Source: Candidatus Micrarchaeota archaeon (GTDB lineage: Archaea > Micrarchaeota > Micrarchaeia > Micrarchaeales > CABMGC01). Taken from it: a stretch of DNA of 64,000 nucleotides. Positions within the stretch are counted from its first letter, which is position 1; every line of letters starts with the position of its first letter. The notes under the pieces were generated by a model, which was not told where the DNA came from, did not search any database, and worked only from the letters and a program-made list of their open reading frames with translations. This document shows, piece by piece, positions 29,763-39,435 of the stretch. The stretch covers positions 35,645 through 99,644 of the forward strand of contig JAWDMB010000003.1 in the NCBI GenBank assembly GCA_046536795.1, written 5' to 3'. The position numbers and the translations under genes were made by a program.

Positions 29763-30290
29763 TCAAACATTCCACATACGCCAAAACTCTGCCTTAAGCT
29801 TCTTTATGTAATTTGGATCATTGCTTATCTCTAGGTGCTCTATATTCTTGTGCATACCCCTATATGTTAGATTTGCAGATCCTGTTATTGCTTCAGCATC
29901 GCCAACATAAAATTTTGCGTGGATAAATTCTTTTGGAACCTTTAGCTTTATGTTCTTTGGCTTCCTAGTAGATAAGCGCACAATAAACAGTGCAAAGAAA
30001 AGAGAGCCAATAATAAGAATAGGTATGTAGCTTAAGCCTGCTAGCCACAGTAGATAATATAATGAGAACATTATAACTGAAAGTAAGAAGGTAAGAGATG
30101 GAAAGCTACCTTTTGTGAGCATCTTTTTAGCCTTTTCTTCAGGCGATGATGATATTATGTATATCTTCTTGTTGCGGGCATGCTTCAAGAGGAACCTAGC
30201 ATAATATTCATCTATATATGGCGATACAATAAACAAGTTCTTGCTTCTTCTGATTAGCTTCTCGATATGCTTGTACTGTTCCTGCTCCAT
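29763..30290 (-). CDS. Single-HKD phospholipase D/nuclease-superfamily protein with an inserted TM hairpin
   Basis: IVSPY, HAKFYVGD (HxKxxxxD), TGSANLT...N.E; hydrophobic segments near aa 62-104. Confidence 0.82.
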   Translation of the reverse strand: MEQEQYKHIEKLIRRSKNLFIVSPYIDEYYARFLLKHARNKKIYIISSSPEEKAKKMLTKGSFPSLTFLLSVIMFSLYYLLWLAGLSYIPILIIGSLFFALFIVRLSTRKPKNIKLKVPKEFIHAKFYVGDAEAITGSANLTYRGMHKNIEHLEISNDPNYIKKLKAEFWRMWNV

Positions 30291-30421
30291 ACTTAAAAAT
30301 ATGACTAAAAGAAATAAAAAGATGCAAAATTTAAAGCTTAATAATAGTTGCGCATCTTTATATTCACATACACAGATACGATTACAATTTTATAAAGATC
30401 AAGATCTATCGCGGCCCGGAT

Positions 30422-31627
30422 CTAAAAAAGCGAAAGGACAAGTTCCTTGTATCTGTTTATCATCTTCTCTTCACTAAACTCATTTGCTATTTTTTGTGAT
30501 GTTTTCTTTGCATCATCATATATTTTTCTATCCGAGTGCATTTCATTAATCTTATTTGCTAAATCATCTGCGCTACCCGGATCAAAGCTTTGAACCTTTA
30601 TCTTCAATTTTTCAAAATCTTTTGGATAAGCTTTCTTTGATAACAGTATAGGAAGAGAATGAGAAGCAGCTTCGAGCATTGTTATGCTAAACCCTTCCCA
30701 GAACGAAGGTAGTACAAAAACGTGAGAGAGCCAATAAGCACTATTGAGCATTGAATCATCTAAACCTCCGGTGAACAAGATCCTTTTATCACCTTTTGCG
30801 AGCTCAATATAATCACTTAGAGAAGGACCTTCGCCAACAAGCAAAAGGAGCATGCTCTCACATTGAATTTTCTTAAAAGCCTTTATAAGAGTACTTACGT
30901 TCTTCTGCCTCTCAAACATGCGCCCAACATACAAAACAATAAATTTATCATCTAAGCTATATCTCTCCTTGAACCTCTTTATTACTTTTTCATCTCTCTT
31001 TGGCTTTGCTATACCGTTTGGTATATATGCTACTTTTTGTGTGTATTTTTTAATCCACTCTTCCTGCTCAGCATTAAGTGCAACATTTGCATCAAAGAAA
31101 TTGAAGAACTTTCTCTTCATATTATTAATGCTCAAACCAAGCATACCAGTACCAAGAGTAAAAGGTAGGGAGTTCTTAGATAGCAAGTTTTTGAAAACGT
31201 CGCCAGAGAGATTTACATGATCTATGTAAATCGACTTGAATTCAAGCCAGTGCTTTGCTAGTCTTAATATAGGAAAGTCTGCGAGTGAATTTGAGATAAC
31301 AACATCAGGCTTGATTTCATCAAATATATTTTTTAGCTCGGCCTTGCTTATACCTATGTTAATTAGCCTACCAGCTAGAAAATAGTAGCCTACTCGCAAA
31401 ATCCAATTCTCTGCTAGTCCTGTTCTCATCTTACTATGGAGCTTTATGCTGCTTCTTTCTATTATGTGGCAGTTTTTATTGCACTTAAGATATGGTGTTT
31501 CATAGCCAAGATAAAAAGTCTCGAAATAATCTGATAGCTTGCTGTGTAGCTGCGCTGCAACTCTAGCTTCACCACCGAATCTATTCATCTTTGAGCCCAT
31601 GTCCAAGATTAGGACTCTTTCTTTCAT
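30422..31627 (-). CDS. GT4 family glycosyltransferase
   Basis: IPNGI, YVGRM..RQKN, FVLPSFWEGFSITMLEA motifs. Confidence 0.92.
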   Translation of the reverse strand: MKERVLILDMGSKMNRFGGEARVAAQLHSKLSDYFETFYLGYETPYLKCNKNCHIIERSSIKLHSKMRTGLAENWILRVGYYFLAGRLINIGISKAELKNIFDEIKPDVVISNSLADFPILRLAKHWLEFKSIYIDHVNLSGDVFKNLLSKNSLPFTLGTGMLGLSINNMKRKFFNFFDANVALNAEQEEWIKKYTQKVAYIPNGIAKPKRDEKVIKRFKERYSLDDKFIVLYVGRMFERQKNVSTLIKAFKKIQCESMLLLLVGEGPSLSDYIELAKGDKRILFTGGLDDSMLNSAYWLSHVFVLPSFWEGFSITMLEAASHSLPILLSKKAYPKDFEKLKIKVQSFDPGSADDLANKINEMHSDRKIYDDAKKTSQKIANEFSEEKMINRYKELVLSLF

Positions 31628-31645
31628 CTATAACCCTATTCTCTA

Positions 31646-33052
31646 TTATTCTATTCTGCCCTGTTCCTTTGTATATATGATAAGGTCTGCAGGCTTCTTA
31701 GGCATAGGGTTTGCCCTTAGCCCATATAGAGCCTTTATTCCTTTCTGTAGAGCAAGCTCTACAAGCCTTTGCGTTATTATACCGTTTAGAACAACACCGT
31801 AAATGCCATTTGTCTGCTGTATTGTAGGTATTAACTCACGTATTGGTATATCCTTGCCGTATATTACTTCACCCGCACTATTGTAAAGCCTTGCGTTGAG
31901 TGTATTTGAAAGTTCATCTAGGGCTTTTGCAAGCTGTGACAAAACAACTGCCTTCAGCACAGGCTCCTTTGGATTCTGCGCTGATGATGAACCTGAGCTT
32001 TGAAGATCATGAGTGCTCTCATCTTGCTGAAAATCCATTTGATCTATCAATGCTGGTTCTTCATTGCTAACTTCTTTTAGCATAGGTTCTTCACTAGATT
32101 CACTTGTTTTCTCAGCAGGCTCCCTAACTTGCTCCTGCTCCTCTTCAGGCAATTGCTCTTGCTCCTTTGCTAAGCCGTTCCTGGCTTGCTGATTTTGCAT
32201 AGCCTGCTGCTTCCCCTTGCTAATACCAAGATACTGACTTAATGGAATCTTTGTACGCAGCGCCTTTATTATCTCTTTTCTTGTAAGCTCTTCTACCTCT
32301 TTGCCATCGGGGGCCTTTGCAATATAGTCTACTTCTGCCACTTTTATGACAGACCTTATAATCATGTCTCCTCCTCTGTCACCATCTACAAAGAGCGTTA
32401 CATCTTTTTCATTGCACAAATTGATTATACTTTTAGGTATGTTGCTTGTTGCTCCTCCAAGTGCTATTACATTTGTTATATCATTCCTAAGCAAGTTAAG
32501 TACATCTGCTCTCCCTTCTACTATTATTATCTCATTGCTCTTTGCAACATCAGGTCCTGCTGGAAGGTTCTCAGGCCCATAGCTTACAATCTCGCTTGCC
32601 TTTACCTCACTCTGGACAAGCTCAGCAAGCTCCTTACTATCTGGCAACTCGGTCGTTAGAAGCTGCTTTACTAGTTCTTTTGCCCTTTCGAGAAGCTTTC
32701 TCCTCTTCTCAGCCCTTGTGTCCTCTACCTTTGTTATCTTGAATTGTGCTTCATAAGGGCCTACTCTGTCTACAGATTCGATAGCTGCAGCAAGTATGCA
32801 TGTCTCCACCCTGTCTAGAGAAGCTGGCAAGTAAATTTTGCCATAAGTTTTGCTTCCTGACTGTGAAAGGTCTATTTCTATTCTTCCAATCTTTCCGTTC
32901 TTCTGTAATTCTCTAAGGTCTAGATCATCACCGAGCAAGCCTTCTGTCTGACCAAAAACTGCTCCTATAATGTCTGGTTTATCAACAAGACCTTCTATGC
33001 TAAAAGTACCTTCAATCATATATTTTACAATATCCAGATATGTTTTTGCCAT
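31646..33052 (-). CDS. dnaG: Archaeal DnaG (toprim primase-like, exosome-associated)
   Basis: VDKPDIIGAVFGQTEGLLG.DLDLRELQ, IIVEGRADV, DGDRGG; ATG at 33052 follows a GAGGTGA SD. Confidence 0.94.
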   Translation of the reverse strand: MAKTYLDIVKYMIEGTFSIEGLVDKPDIIGAVFGQTEGLLGDDLDLRELQKNGKIGRIEIDLSQSGSKTYGKIYLPASLDRVETCILAAAIESVDRVGPYEAQFKITKVEDTRAEKRRKLLERAKELVKQLLTTELPDSKELAELVQSEVKASEIVSYGPENLPAGPDVAKSNEIIIVEGRADVLNLLRNDITNVIALGGATSNIPKSIINLCNEKDVTLFVDGDRGGDMIIRSVIKVAEVDYIAKAPDGKEVEELTRKEIIKALRTKIPLSQYLGISKGKQQAMQNQQARNGLAKEQEQLPEEEQEQVREPAEKTSESSEEPMLKEVSNEEPALIDQMDFQQDESTHDLQSSGSSSAQNPKEPVLKAVVLSQLAKALDELSNTLNARLYNSAGEVIYGKDIPIRELIPTIQQTNGIYGVVLNGIITQRLVELALQKGIKALYGLRANPMPKKPADLIIYTKEQGRIE

Positions 33053-33057
33053 AAAAA

Positions 33058-33495
33058 TCACCTCATTAAGTTAAAAAATTCGTCTATGCTGAACATCTCC
33101 ATTATTGGTCTTATTATACCTTCTATACAGTTGGTCCCGAGAATTTTAAGAAGCCTTGTGCCTGTATTTTCATCGATTGTTGAATGAGGATATTTTACCC
33201 TTATAAGTGCAATAGCTTGCTCTTTTTTATCTATTCCTGATCTGTCGTTGTCTGTTGCAATTATAATCTTTTTGCCATCTATATCAAGATGGTTATATCT
33301 AAGCATATCTATTGTTACTGCTTTTATTGCTTTATCTGATATAAGCCCATTGTCGCTAAGATACTCGATCATACTATCGAGTGCTTCTATGTCGTGCTTT
33401 CCTTCTACTATTACTACTGTATTCTCATCCTGCATTCTCTTTATTATTTCTATAATACTTTCGCTTCTCTGTTTGCTCTTTGCCAATTCAACCAC
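33058..33495 (-). CDS. Small toprim domain protein (RNase M5-like)
   Basis: IVEGKHD and IATDNDRSG toprim motifs; directly upstream of dnaG. Confidence 0.85.
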   Translation of the reverse strand: MVELAKSKQRSESIIEIIKRMQDENTVVIVEGKHDIEALDSMIEYLSDNGLISDKAIKAVTIDMLRYNHLDIDGKKIIIATDNDRSGIDKKEQAIALIRVKYPHSTIDENTGTRLLKILGTNCIEGIIRPIMEMFSIDEFFNLMR

Positions 33496-33660
33496 TGTAT
33501 AGAATTAGCTGCAGTTATTATGCCTGCTTACCTTTGGCCTTAGCATTACGCTGTGGCACAAATATGGTTAAGCATGAATAAAGCATAAATTCACTGCAAC
33601 TAATTTATGATAATATATCAAAGCAAAACTTAATATATATTTCCTATAATCAATAGATTG

Positions 33661-34044
33661 ATGAACAGATACGTTAAAGGCGCCAGGGGAGAAAGAGAAC
33701 TCTTAGCAAAGTTTGCTGAGCTTGGTTACTCTGTTATGAGAAGCGCAGGTAGCGGTGTAAACTCGATAAGCCCAGATATTATAGCAATTAAGTCAGGAAA
33801 AGGCTTTGCATTTGAATGCAAGGCTTGGGAAACAAGCGTTGCGATAGAGCAAGAAAAGTACAACGTTCTTAAAAACTGGGAAAATAATACAGGACTAAAA
33901 ACATTTATAGCCTGGCGCATGAACGGCAAAGGCTGGTTTTTCATACCGATAGACAAGCTAAGACAGACGGAAAAGAGCTATAGGATAAGCAAGAAAGAAG
34001 CTTTCGAGCATGGAATGAGCATGGAGCAGATCCTTTCTCTTTAA
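33661..34044 (+). CDS. hjc: Holliday junction resolvase Hjc
   Basis: KGARGEREL...RSAGSG...PDIIA...FECK (PD-(D/E)xK). Confidence 0.92.
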   Translation: MNRYVKGARGERELLAKFAELGYSVMRSAGSGVNSISPDIIAIKSGKGFAFECKAWETSVAIEQEKYNVLKNWENNTGLKTFIAWRMNGKGWFFIPIDKLRQTEKSYRISKKEAFEHGMSMEQILSL

Positions 34045-34133
34045 AAGTGAATACCACTATTCACACCATTAGCAAATAATTTAAAAAGCTTGTTTAATAA
34101 TATGCTAATGCTTTTCTCAGTGGGGTGACATTT

Positions 34134-34346
34134 GTGGGAGGTAGGGGGTTTAGTCTATACGATATTGAGCAATTTATAAGAGAGGCGGGCGCAGAGAAGG
34201 TAACAGAAGACGCTGTTCTTGATCTTGAAAAGGAGCTCGAGCGATTAACAGAAAAGATAGCCAACAAGGCACTCAAATATGCGAGGCATGCTGGCAGGAA
34301 AAGGCTCATAAAGAGTTCTGATATTTTGCTGCTCAAGAAGGAGTAG
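34134..34346 (+). CDS. Archaeal histone-fold protein (divergent HMf-like)
   Basis: IREAGAEKVTEDA...ARHAGRK..IK..DI; GTG at 34134 follows a GGGGTGA SD. Confidence 0.87.
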   Translation: MGGRGFSLYDIEQFIREAGAEKVTEDAVLDLEKELERLTEKIANKALKYARHAGRKRLIKSSDILLLKKE

Positions 34347-34413
34347 CTGCTTCTTTTGCTTTCTTTTTTATCTTTTATTAATTACACCAAAACCCACAAA
34401 CTCTGAATTAAAT

Positions 34414-35334
34414 CTATATAGCTATGTGCAATGCATATCTTGCATAAAAGCCAAGGAGTATTGTTACCGATGCAGCACCGAGTGATAATATAATTGATTC
34501 TATAACTCTTTTAGCCACACTCTGATCGCTAAGTATCGCTATCATAGAAGAGGCTATTGCAAGAACAAGTATTGTGGATAATATTGAAAAAACTATGCCG
34601 TATGCTCCACTTACTCCTAATGCAAATGGCAAGATCGGGAAAAATGCACCAAGCAGATATGCTATACCAGTCCACAGCGCAGATAAATGAGGGCTTCTCT
34701 TTACTTTTGTATTACCAATATCCCTTTCGTATTTAGTTGATAGATAGGCGCCACTTGACATTGAAAGAGCGCCTGAAATTGCGACAAGTAATCCAGCAAT
34801 TAACACTAATGTTGGCGAACGTAAAGCTGCGCTAAACCCGACAGTAGCCGCCAAAACCTCAACAAGTCCATCATTCATTCCAAACACAACATCACGTATA
34901 TTGGTGAGAACATCGTTCATAGATAAAAGCATGTTGCCCAATGCATCTTCTGCGCGTTCACCTCTAACCATCTTTTTAAGCAGTTCCTCTTCTTTTATGC
35001 TAAAGCTAAACTGCTTCATAGCTACGTTGAGTTTCTCGTTTGTAATAATTTTATTATATTCCATTAATTTCATTGTAAAGGCTATGCCAAAGACCTTTCT
35101 TGAAATCAAGATAAGAAGTATGCGCAAAGTGTTGTTCCTTTTGCGTACTTTAAAACCATTAATCTTAAGTATGCTTTTAAGTATAGAAGAATGCAAAACT
35201 TCTATTTTATAAAGCCTGAGAAGAACATTCTTTACATTCTGATTTTTCTCACGCTGCGATAGTATATTATATACCTGCGCATGAAAATCTTCATCCTGCT
35301 GAAGGCTTTGTATATAGACCTCTTTACTTAACAT
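34414..35334 (-). CDS. VIT1/CCC1 family transporter with N-terminal ferritin/rubrerythrin-like domain
   Basis: ExxH motifs (EDFH, EVLH) in the N-terminal half; IRDVVFGMNDGL...GALSMSSGAYLS VIT1 signature. Confidence 0.88.
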   Translation of the reverse strand: MLSKEVYIQSLQQDEDFHAQVYNILSQREKNQNVKNVLLRLYKIEVLHSSILKSILKINGFKVRKRNNTLRILLILISRKVFGIAFTMKLMEYNKIITNEKLNVAMKQFSFSIKEEELLKKMVRGERAEDALGNMLLSMNDVLTNIRDVVFGMNDGLVEVLAATVGFSAALRSPTLVLIAGLLVAISGALSMSSGAYLSTKYERDIGNTKVKRSPHLSALWTGIAYLLGAFFPILPFALGVSGAYGIVFSILSTILVLAIASSMIAILSDQSVAKRVIESIILSLGAASVTILLGFYARYALHIAI

Positions 35335-35473
35335 AATAAATTTTCAACTTGAAGCAATTTAAATTTAACTAAGAAGCATAAAAATGGCTTATTTTATTTA
35401 TTTTGTTTTTAGTGGATTAGAATGCAACATGAATTTACGAACTATTTTAAATCTTAAATGCTAAATTGAAAGC

Positions 35474-37981
35474 ATGGAGGTTTTACCCAAAAAATATGAA
35501 CTTAAAATATATCCAGATGCCAAAAGCAAGAAGTTCAGAGGAAATGTAAGTATTTATACACAAATAATTGGATCAGCAAATAAAATAGTACTCAATGCTA
35601 AAGAGCTTGAGATAAAAAGTGCAGAAGTTATTTCAAATGGATCAAGCCAAATTCCGAAGGTAAAGCTAGATAAAGAAAAGCAGGAGCTTATTCTTGAGCT
35701 GGATAAGCCGGTAAAGAAAAATGCAGTTATAAAGATTGAATATGTTGGCATACACAACGAAGAGCTGTATGGGTTTTATCTTTCAAAATATAAAATGAAT
35801 GGAAAAGAAGAAACACTGCTTACAACACAGTTTGAATCTAGCGATGCTAGAGCTGCATTTCCGTGCTTTGATAACCCTTCAATGAAGGCTGTATTTGAGC
35901 TGACGCTTGTGATAGACAAGGAGCTAGAAGCAATATCAAACATGCCAGTAAAGAGTGTAAAGGTTATTGGAGATAAAAAAGAGGTGCTATTTTACCCAAC
36001 ACCCAAGATGTCAACATACCTGCTTTATATGGGTGTTGGAAAATTTGAATACCTTCAAAGCAGTCTTGGCAAACTAAAAATAAGGGTTGCCACAACTCCC
36101 GGAAAGCTCAAATATGCAAAGATACCATTATTGTATGCAAAGCAGTTTGTTTCGTTTTATGAAAAATATTTTGGCATAAAGTACCCGCTCCCTAAGCTAG
36201 ATTTAATAGCAATACCAGATTTTAGTGCTGGAGCAATGGAGAACTGGGGTGCAATAACATTTAGAGAGATAGACCTTCTTATAGATCCAGATAATACCTC
36301 CGCTAGCAGCAGAATAAATGCTGCAACTACGATTGCACATGAACTTGCGCACCAATGGTTTGGAGATCTTGTAACTATGAAGTGGTGGGATGATCTTTGG
36401 CTTAATGAAAGCTTTGCTACATATATGAGCAGCAAGTGTGTAAATGCTGTTTATCCAGAATGGAAGCTAAATCTTAATTTTCTTATAGATGAAGTATCAA
36501 CTGGAATGAGCGCAGACCAGCTTGAATCTACTCACCCAATAAATGTAAGAGTTAAATCGCCAGAGGAGATAGAAAGTATATTTGACAGAATAAGCTATGA
36601 GAAAGGGGGCTCAATCTTAATGATGCTTGAAGATTACGCTGGACCAGAAACATTCAGGAAGGGCTTGCATAGATATTTAAAAGAGCATGCTTATGGCAAT
36701 GCCACAAAGTTTGACTTATGGAATGCAATACAGAAAGAGGCAAACATAGAAGGTAAAAAGCTAAAGGTAGGCGAAGTTGCAAAGGCTTGGATAGAAAAGG
36801 CTGGCTACCCAATAGTAAAGCTTAGCAGAGCAGAGAAAGGTTACTCAATGGCGCAAGAAAGGTTCACTTTGCTAGGTAAAACAAAGAATGGCTTGTGGCC
36901 CATACCAATAACATACTTAGCTTATACAAAAGGAAAAAAGGATATTGCAAAAATCCTTTTTGAAACAAAAAACAAGCTAATAAATACAAAGGCAGAATGG
37001 CTAAAGCTTAACTTCGGCCAGAAGGGATTCTATAGAGTAAAGTATTATGATGAAATGCTTACCCTTCTTGGCGAAGCATATAAATCAAAGATTATAGATG
37101 ACGTTGAGGGCATAGGCATAGAAAGCGACTTGTATAATTTGCTTATAGCACGCTACATAAAGCTTGATACCTATCTTGACTTCATAAGAAATTATATGCT
37201 TGATACTGAGTATCCGCTCAACATGCAGATTGCAAATCACCTCACTGCTCTTAATACATTTACATATGGCATGGGAGTAAACCAAAAAGTAAGGGATGTA
37301 GCGCTTGCATATTTCAGAAACGCAATTAAAAAAATAGGAATAAATCCAAAGAAAAATGAAGATGAACCTACAAAGATATTCAGGGCTAAGGTTATAACAA
37401 GCCTCGGCTTTCTTGAAGATAATGAAATAAAGGATTTTGCAAAAAGAAATTTTGAAAATGCATTAAATGACAAGGTGGATCCAAATATAAGAAATCCTAT
37501 ATTCTTTGTTTCAGCATGGAATGGTGATAATGAGGTGTTTGAAAAAATAAAAGAGGCTTATTTGAAAGAAACACTTCCAGAAAAGAAGATATATCTTCTT
37601 GTATCCCTTGGCCTCTTTAGAGACAAGCAAATCTGCCAAAATGCACTAGCTTTTACCTTATCTAAGGATGTTAGGCTTCAGGATTCATTTTACATACCAA
37701 ATGAGCTTTCTTCAAATCCTTCTGGGAAGGATTTATTACTGCCATGGCTTAAGGAGAATTGGCTTTTGCTTAAAGAAAAATTCAGTGCAGGAACACACAT
37801 GCTACCAAGGTATGTAGAGACTCTTTCAACACAAAGAGGCTATGACAAGCTTAAAGAAATAAAAGAATTCTTTACAAGCAAAAAGAACTACACGCCAGCA
37901 ATAAAGAAAGAACTTAGAGAAACGCTTGAACACATAGAGATAAATACACTCTTCGAAGAGTGGCTAGGAAATAATTCTTGA
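35474..37981 (+). CDS. M1 family aminopeptidase (tricorn-interacting factor F2/F3-like)
   Basis: GAMENWG, HELAHQW...NES, YEKG motifs; ERAP1-like C-terminal region. Confidence 0.95.
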   Translation: MEVLPKKYELKIYPDAKSKKFRGNVSIYTQIIGSANKIVLNAKELEIKSAEVISNGSSQIPKVKLDKEKQELILELDKPVKKNAVIKIEYVGIHNEELYGFYLSKYKMNGKEETLLTTQFESSDARAAFPCFDNPSMKAVFELTLVIDKELEAISNMPVKSVKVIGDKKEVLFYPTPKMSTYLLYMGVGKFEYLQSSLGKLKIRVATTPGKLKYAKIPLLYAKQFVSFYEKYFGIKYPLPKLDLIAIPDFSAGAMENWGAITFREIDLLIDPDNTSASSRINAATTIAHELAHQWFGDLVTMKWWDDLWLNESFATYMSSKCVNAVYPEWKLNLNFLIDEVSTGMSADQLESTHPINVRVKSPEEIESIFDRISYEKGGSILMMLEDYAGPETFRKGLHRYLKEHAYGNATKFDLWNAIQKEANIEGKKLKVGEVAKAWIEKAGYPIVKLSRAEKGYSMAQERFTLLGKTKNGLWPIPITYLAYTKGKKDIAKILFETKNKLINTKAEWLKLNFGQKGFYRVKYYDEMLTLLGEAYKSKIIDDVEGIGIESDLYNLLIARYIKLDTYLDFIRNYMLDTEYPLNMQIANHLTALNTFTYGMGVNQKVRDVALAYFRNAIKKIGINPKKNEDEPTKIFRAKVITSLGFLEDNEIKDFAKRNFENALNDKVDPNIRNPIFFVSAWNGDNEVFEKIKEAYLKETLPEKKIYLLVSLGLFRDKQICQNALAFTLSKDVRLQDSFYIPNELSSNPSGKDLLLPWLKENWLLLKEKFSAGTHMLPRYVETLSTQRGYDKLKEIKEFFTSKKNYTPAIKKELRETLEHIEINTLFEEWLGNNS

Positions 37982-38377
37982 TATTCTAGCGAGCCTGTGC
38001 CCCTTTGCCTTAAGCTCTATCTCATAAAACATGCCAAAAGAGAGCCTGCACACATTAAACTTTCTATCCTCAAGCCTCTTTGAGAGCTCGTTAAGCATTT
38101 CTATTGCATCTTCTGGCTTAGCTAAATCCGCAAACAAATGGGCAAATGGATTTAATATGAGTGTATTAACCTTTAGTTGTGAAGCTATTGCTTGTATTTC
38201 ATTTACAGCTTTGTCTACTATATCTACCTTTTTCTCAACGTCGCTTTTCTCAAAACTTATAAAGAGAAGCAAGGCTTCGCCACATTCTACTCGCTTAGCC
38301 TCTTCAACAAGGCTTGAACGCCCATGCTCTGTTGGAAATGCCTTAAAGTAGTCAACATGCCAAGCCATGAACCTCAT
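37964..38377 (-). CDS. Free-standing archaeal threonyl-tRNA synthetase editing domain (DTD-like fold)
   Basis: MRFMAWHVDY, FISFEKSD, NPFAHL..DLA.P, FG...E..LKAKGHRLARISR match the archaeal ThrRS N-terminal editing domain; only 137 aa. Confidence 0.85.
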   Translation of the reverse strand: MRFMAWHVDYFKAFPTEHGRSSLVEEAKRVECGEALLLFISFEKSDVEKKVDIVDKAVNEIQAIASQLKVNTLILNPFAHLFADLAKPEDAIEMLNELSKRLEDRKFNVCRLSFGMFYEIELKAKGHRLARISRIIS

Positions 38378-39273
38378 AACACAACACCTTTGGCAAAGAG
38401 CCTTGGCTGCTTCTGTCTTATAAGGAAAAATTCATCTCCCTTCTCAAACGGTAAAGGCTTATCTAGTTTTAGCTCAGCGGTGTTGCCTTCTATCTTTTCA
38501 ACAAAGCAAGAAGTAAATGAGAAATTAATGGCAAGCCCATAGCTACTGCCTTCTTTGAGCTCACCTTCTACTATGCTAGATACCTTTAACTTCGCTGAGA
38601 TTCTATCTTTTGGGGTTATTGCGTTGCTTGCAAATATTTCACCTTTCTCTATCTCGTCTGCTTCTATCCCTTTTATCGCCAATCCGACTCTTGTATAAAG
38701 TGGTGCGAGATCAATATCTCTATCCTGGCTTTGTATTGACCTGACGAAAGCCTGCTTGCCACTTGATGCATAAAGGGTATCGTGCACAGCCACACTGCCT
38801 TTGCTGACTATACCTAGCACCACGGTACCAACACCCCTTACAACAAATGCCCTGTCTATATCAACACGCTTTTCTTTGCTATCTACGAGCTCTTGCTTTG
38901 GCTTAAATTCAACAATCTTGTCTAGAAGTTCTTCCTTAGCATATATCTCATAAGCAGCTATTCCAGCACTCTTTGCAAGGTTGCCAATCTCGTTATCATT
39001 TGTAAATATAACGCGCTTCTCTAGAAGGCCTGCGGCAACAAGCACTTCACCAAAATACCTATCTATGCTAGCTGTACTTATAACTATTTGGCTCGACATA
39101 AGCATAGATTGGGCAAGCCCGTAGGGTTTATCATCTATGCTTGAAGGCGCAAGAGCAACCACAACATTCTCGCCATACAGCCTGTTGTAGAAGGTTATAC
39201 TGTTTTCAGAACCTTTCTTACCTATAAAACCTGCTAGCTCCTTGTCAAGAGGTATTGAAATTATGAAGTGCAT
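38374..39273 (-). CDS. EF-Tu/SelB-like protein with degenerate G-domain
   Basis: Domain II signature IDRAFVVRGVGTVVLG...VRSIQSQD...RVGLAIKG; no GxxxxGK[ST] motif; start moved to ATG 39273. Confidence 0.78.
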   Translation of the reverse strand: MHFIISIPLDKELAGFIGKKGSENSITFYNRLYGENVVVALAPSSIDDKPYGLAQSMLMSSQIVISTASIDRYFGEVLVAAGLLEKRVIFTNDNEIGNLAKSAGIAAYEIYAKEELLDKIVEFKPKQELVDSKEKRVDIDRAFVVRGVGTVVLGIVSKGSVAVHDTLYASSGKQAFVRSIQSQDRDIDLAPLYTRVGLAIKGIEADEIEKGEIFASNAITPKDRISAKLKVSSIVEGELKEGSSYGLAINFSFTSCFVEKIEGNTAELKLDKPLPFEKGDEFFLIRQKQPRLFAKGVVL

Positions 39274-39435
39274 AATAGTATTTTTTGGAGCAAACTTATA
39301 AAGATAGATTGGATGAAATACCTTCTTCTTGGTACATGCAGCAACAATGATATGAAAGCACTCAATGCCAAAACTCACGTCAATGACGTTCTGCTTCCTT
39401 TACATCTTTTTCTTTGATAGATTTTTCAGTAACAT

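Noticed and set aside
32000-32240. Gln/Glu/Ser-rich low-complexity segment in DnaG
   Set aside because: Variable acidic linkers are usual in archaeal DnaG; no intein motifs.
38374-39378. SelB as evidence of selenocysteine decoding; track start at 39378
   Set aside because: No P-loop, no tRNA-Sec, selD or in-frame TGA genes seen. The upstream extension looks non-coding, so ATG 39273 was used.
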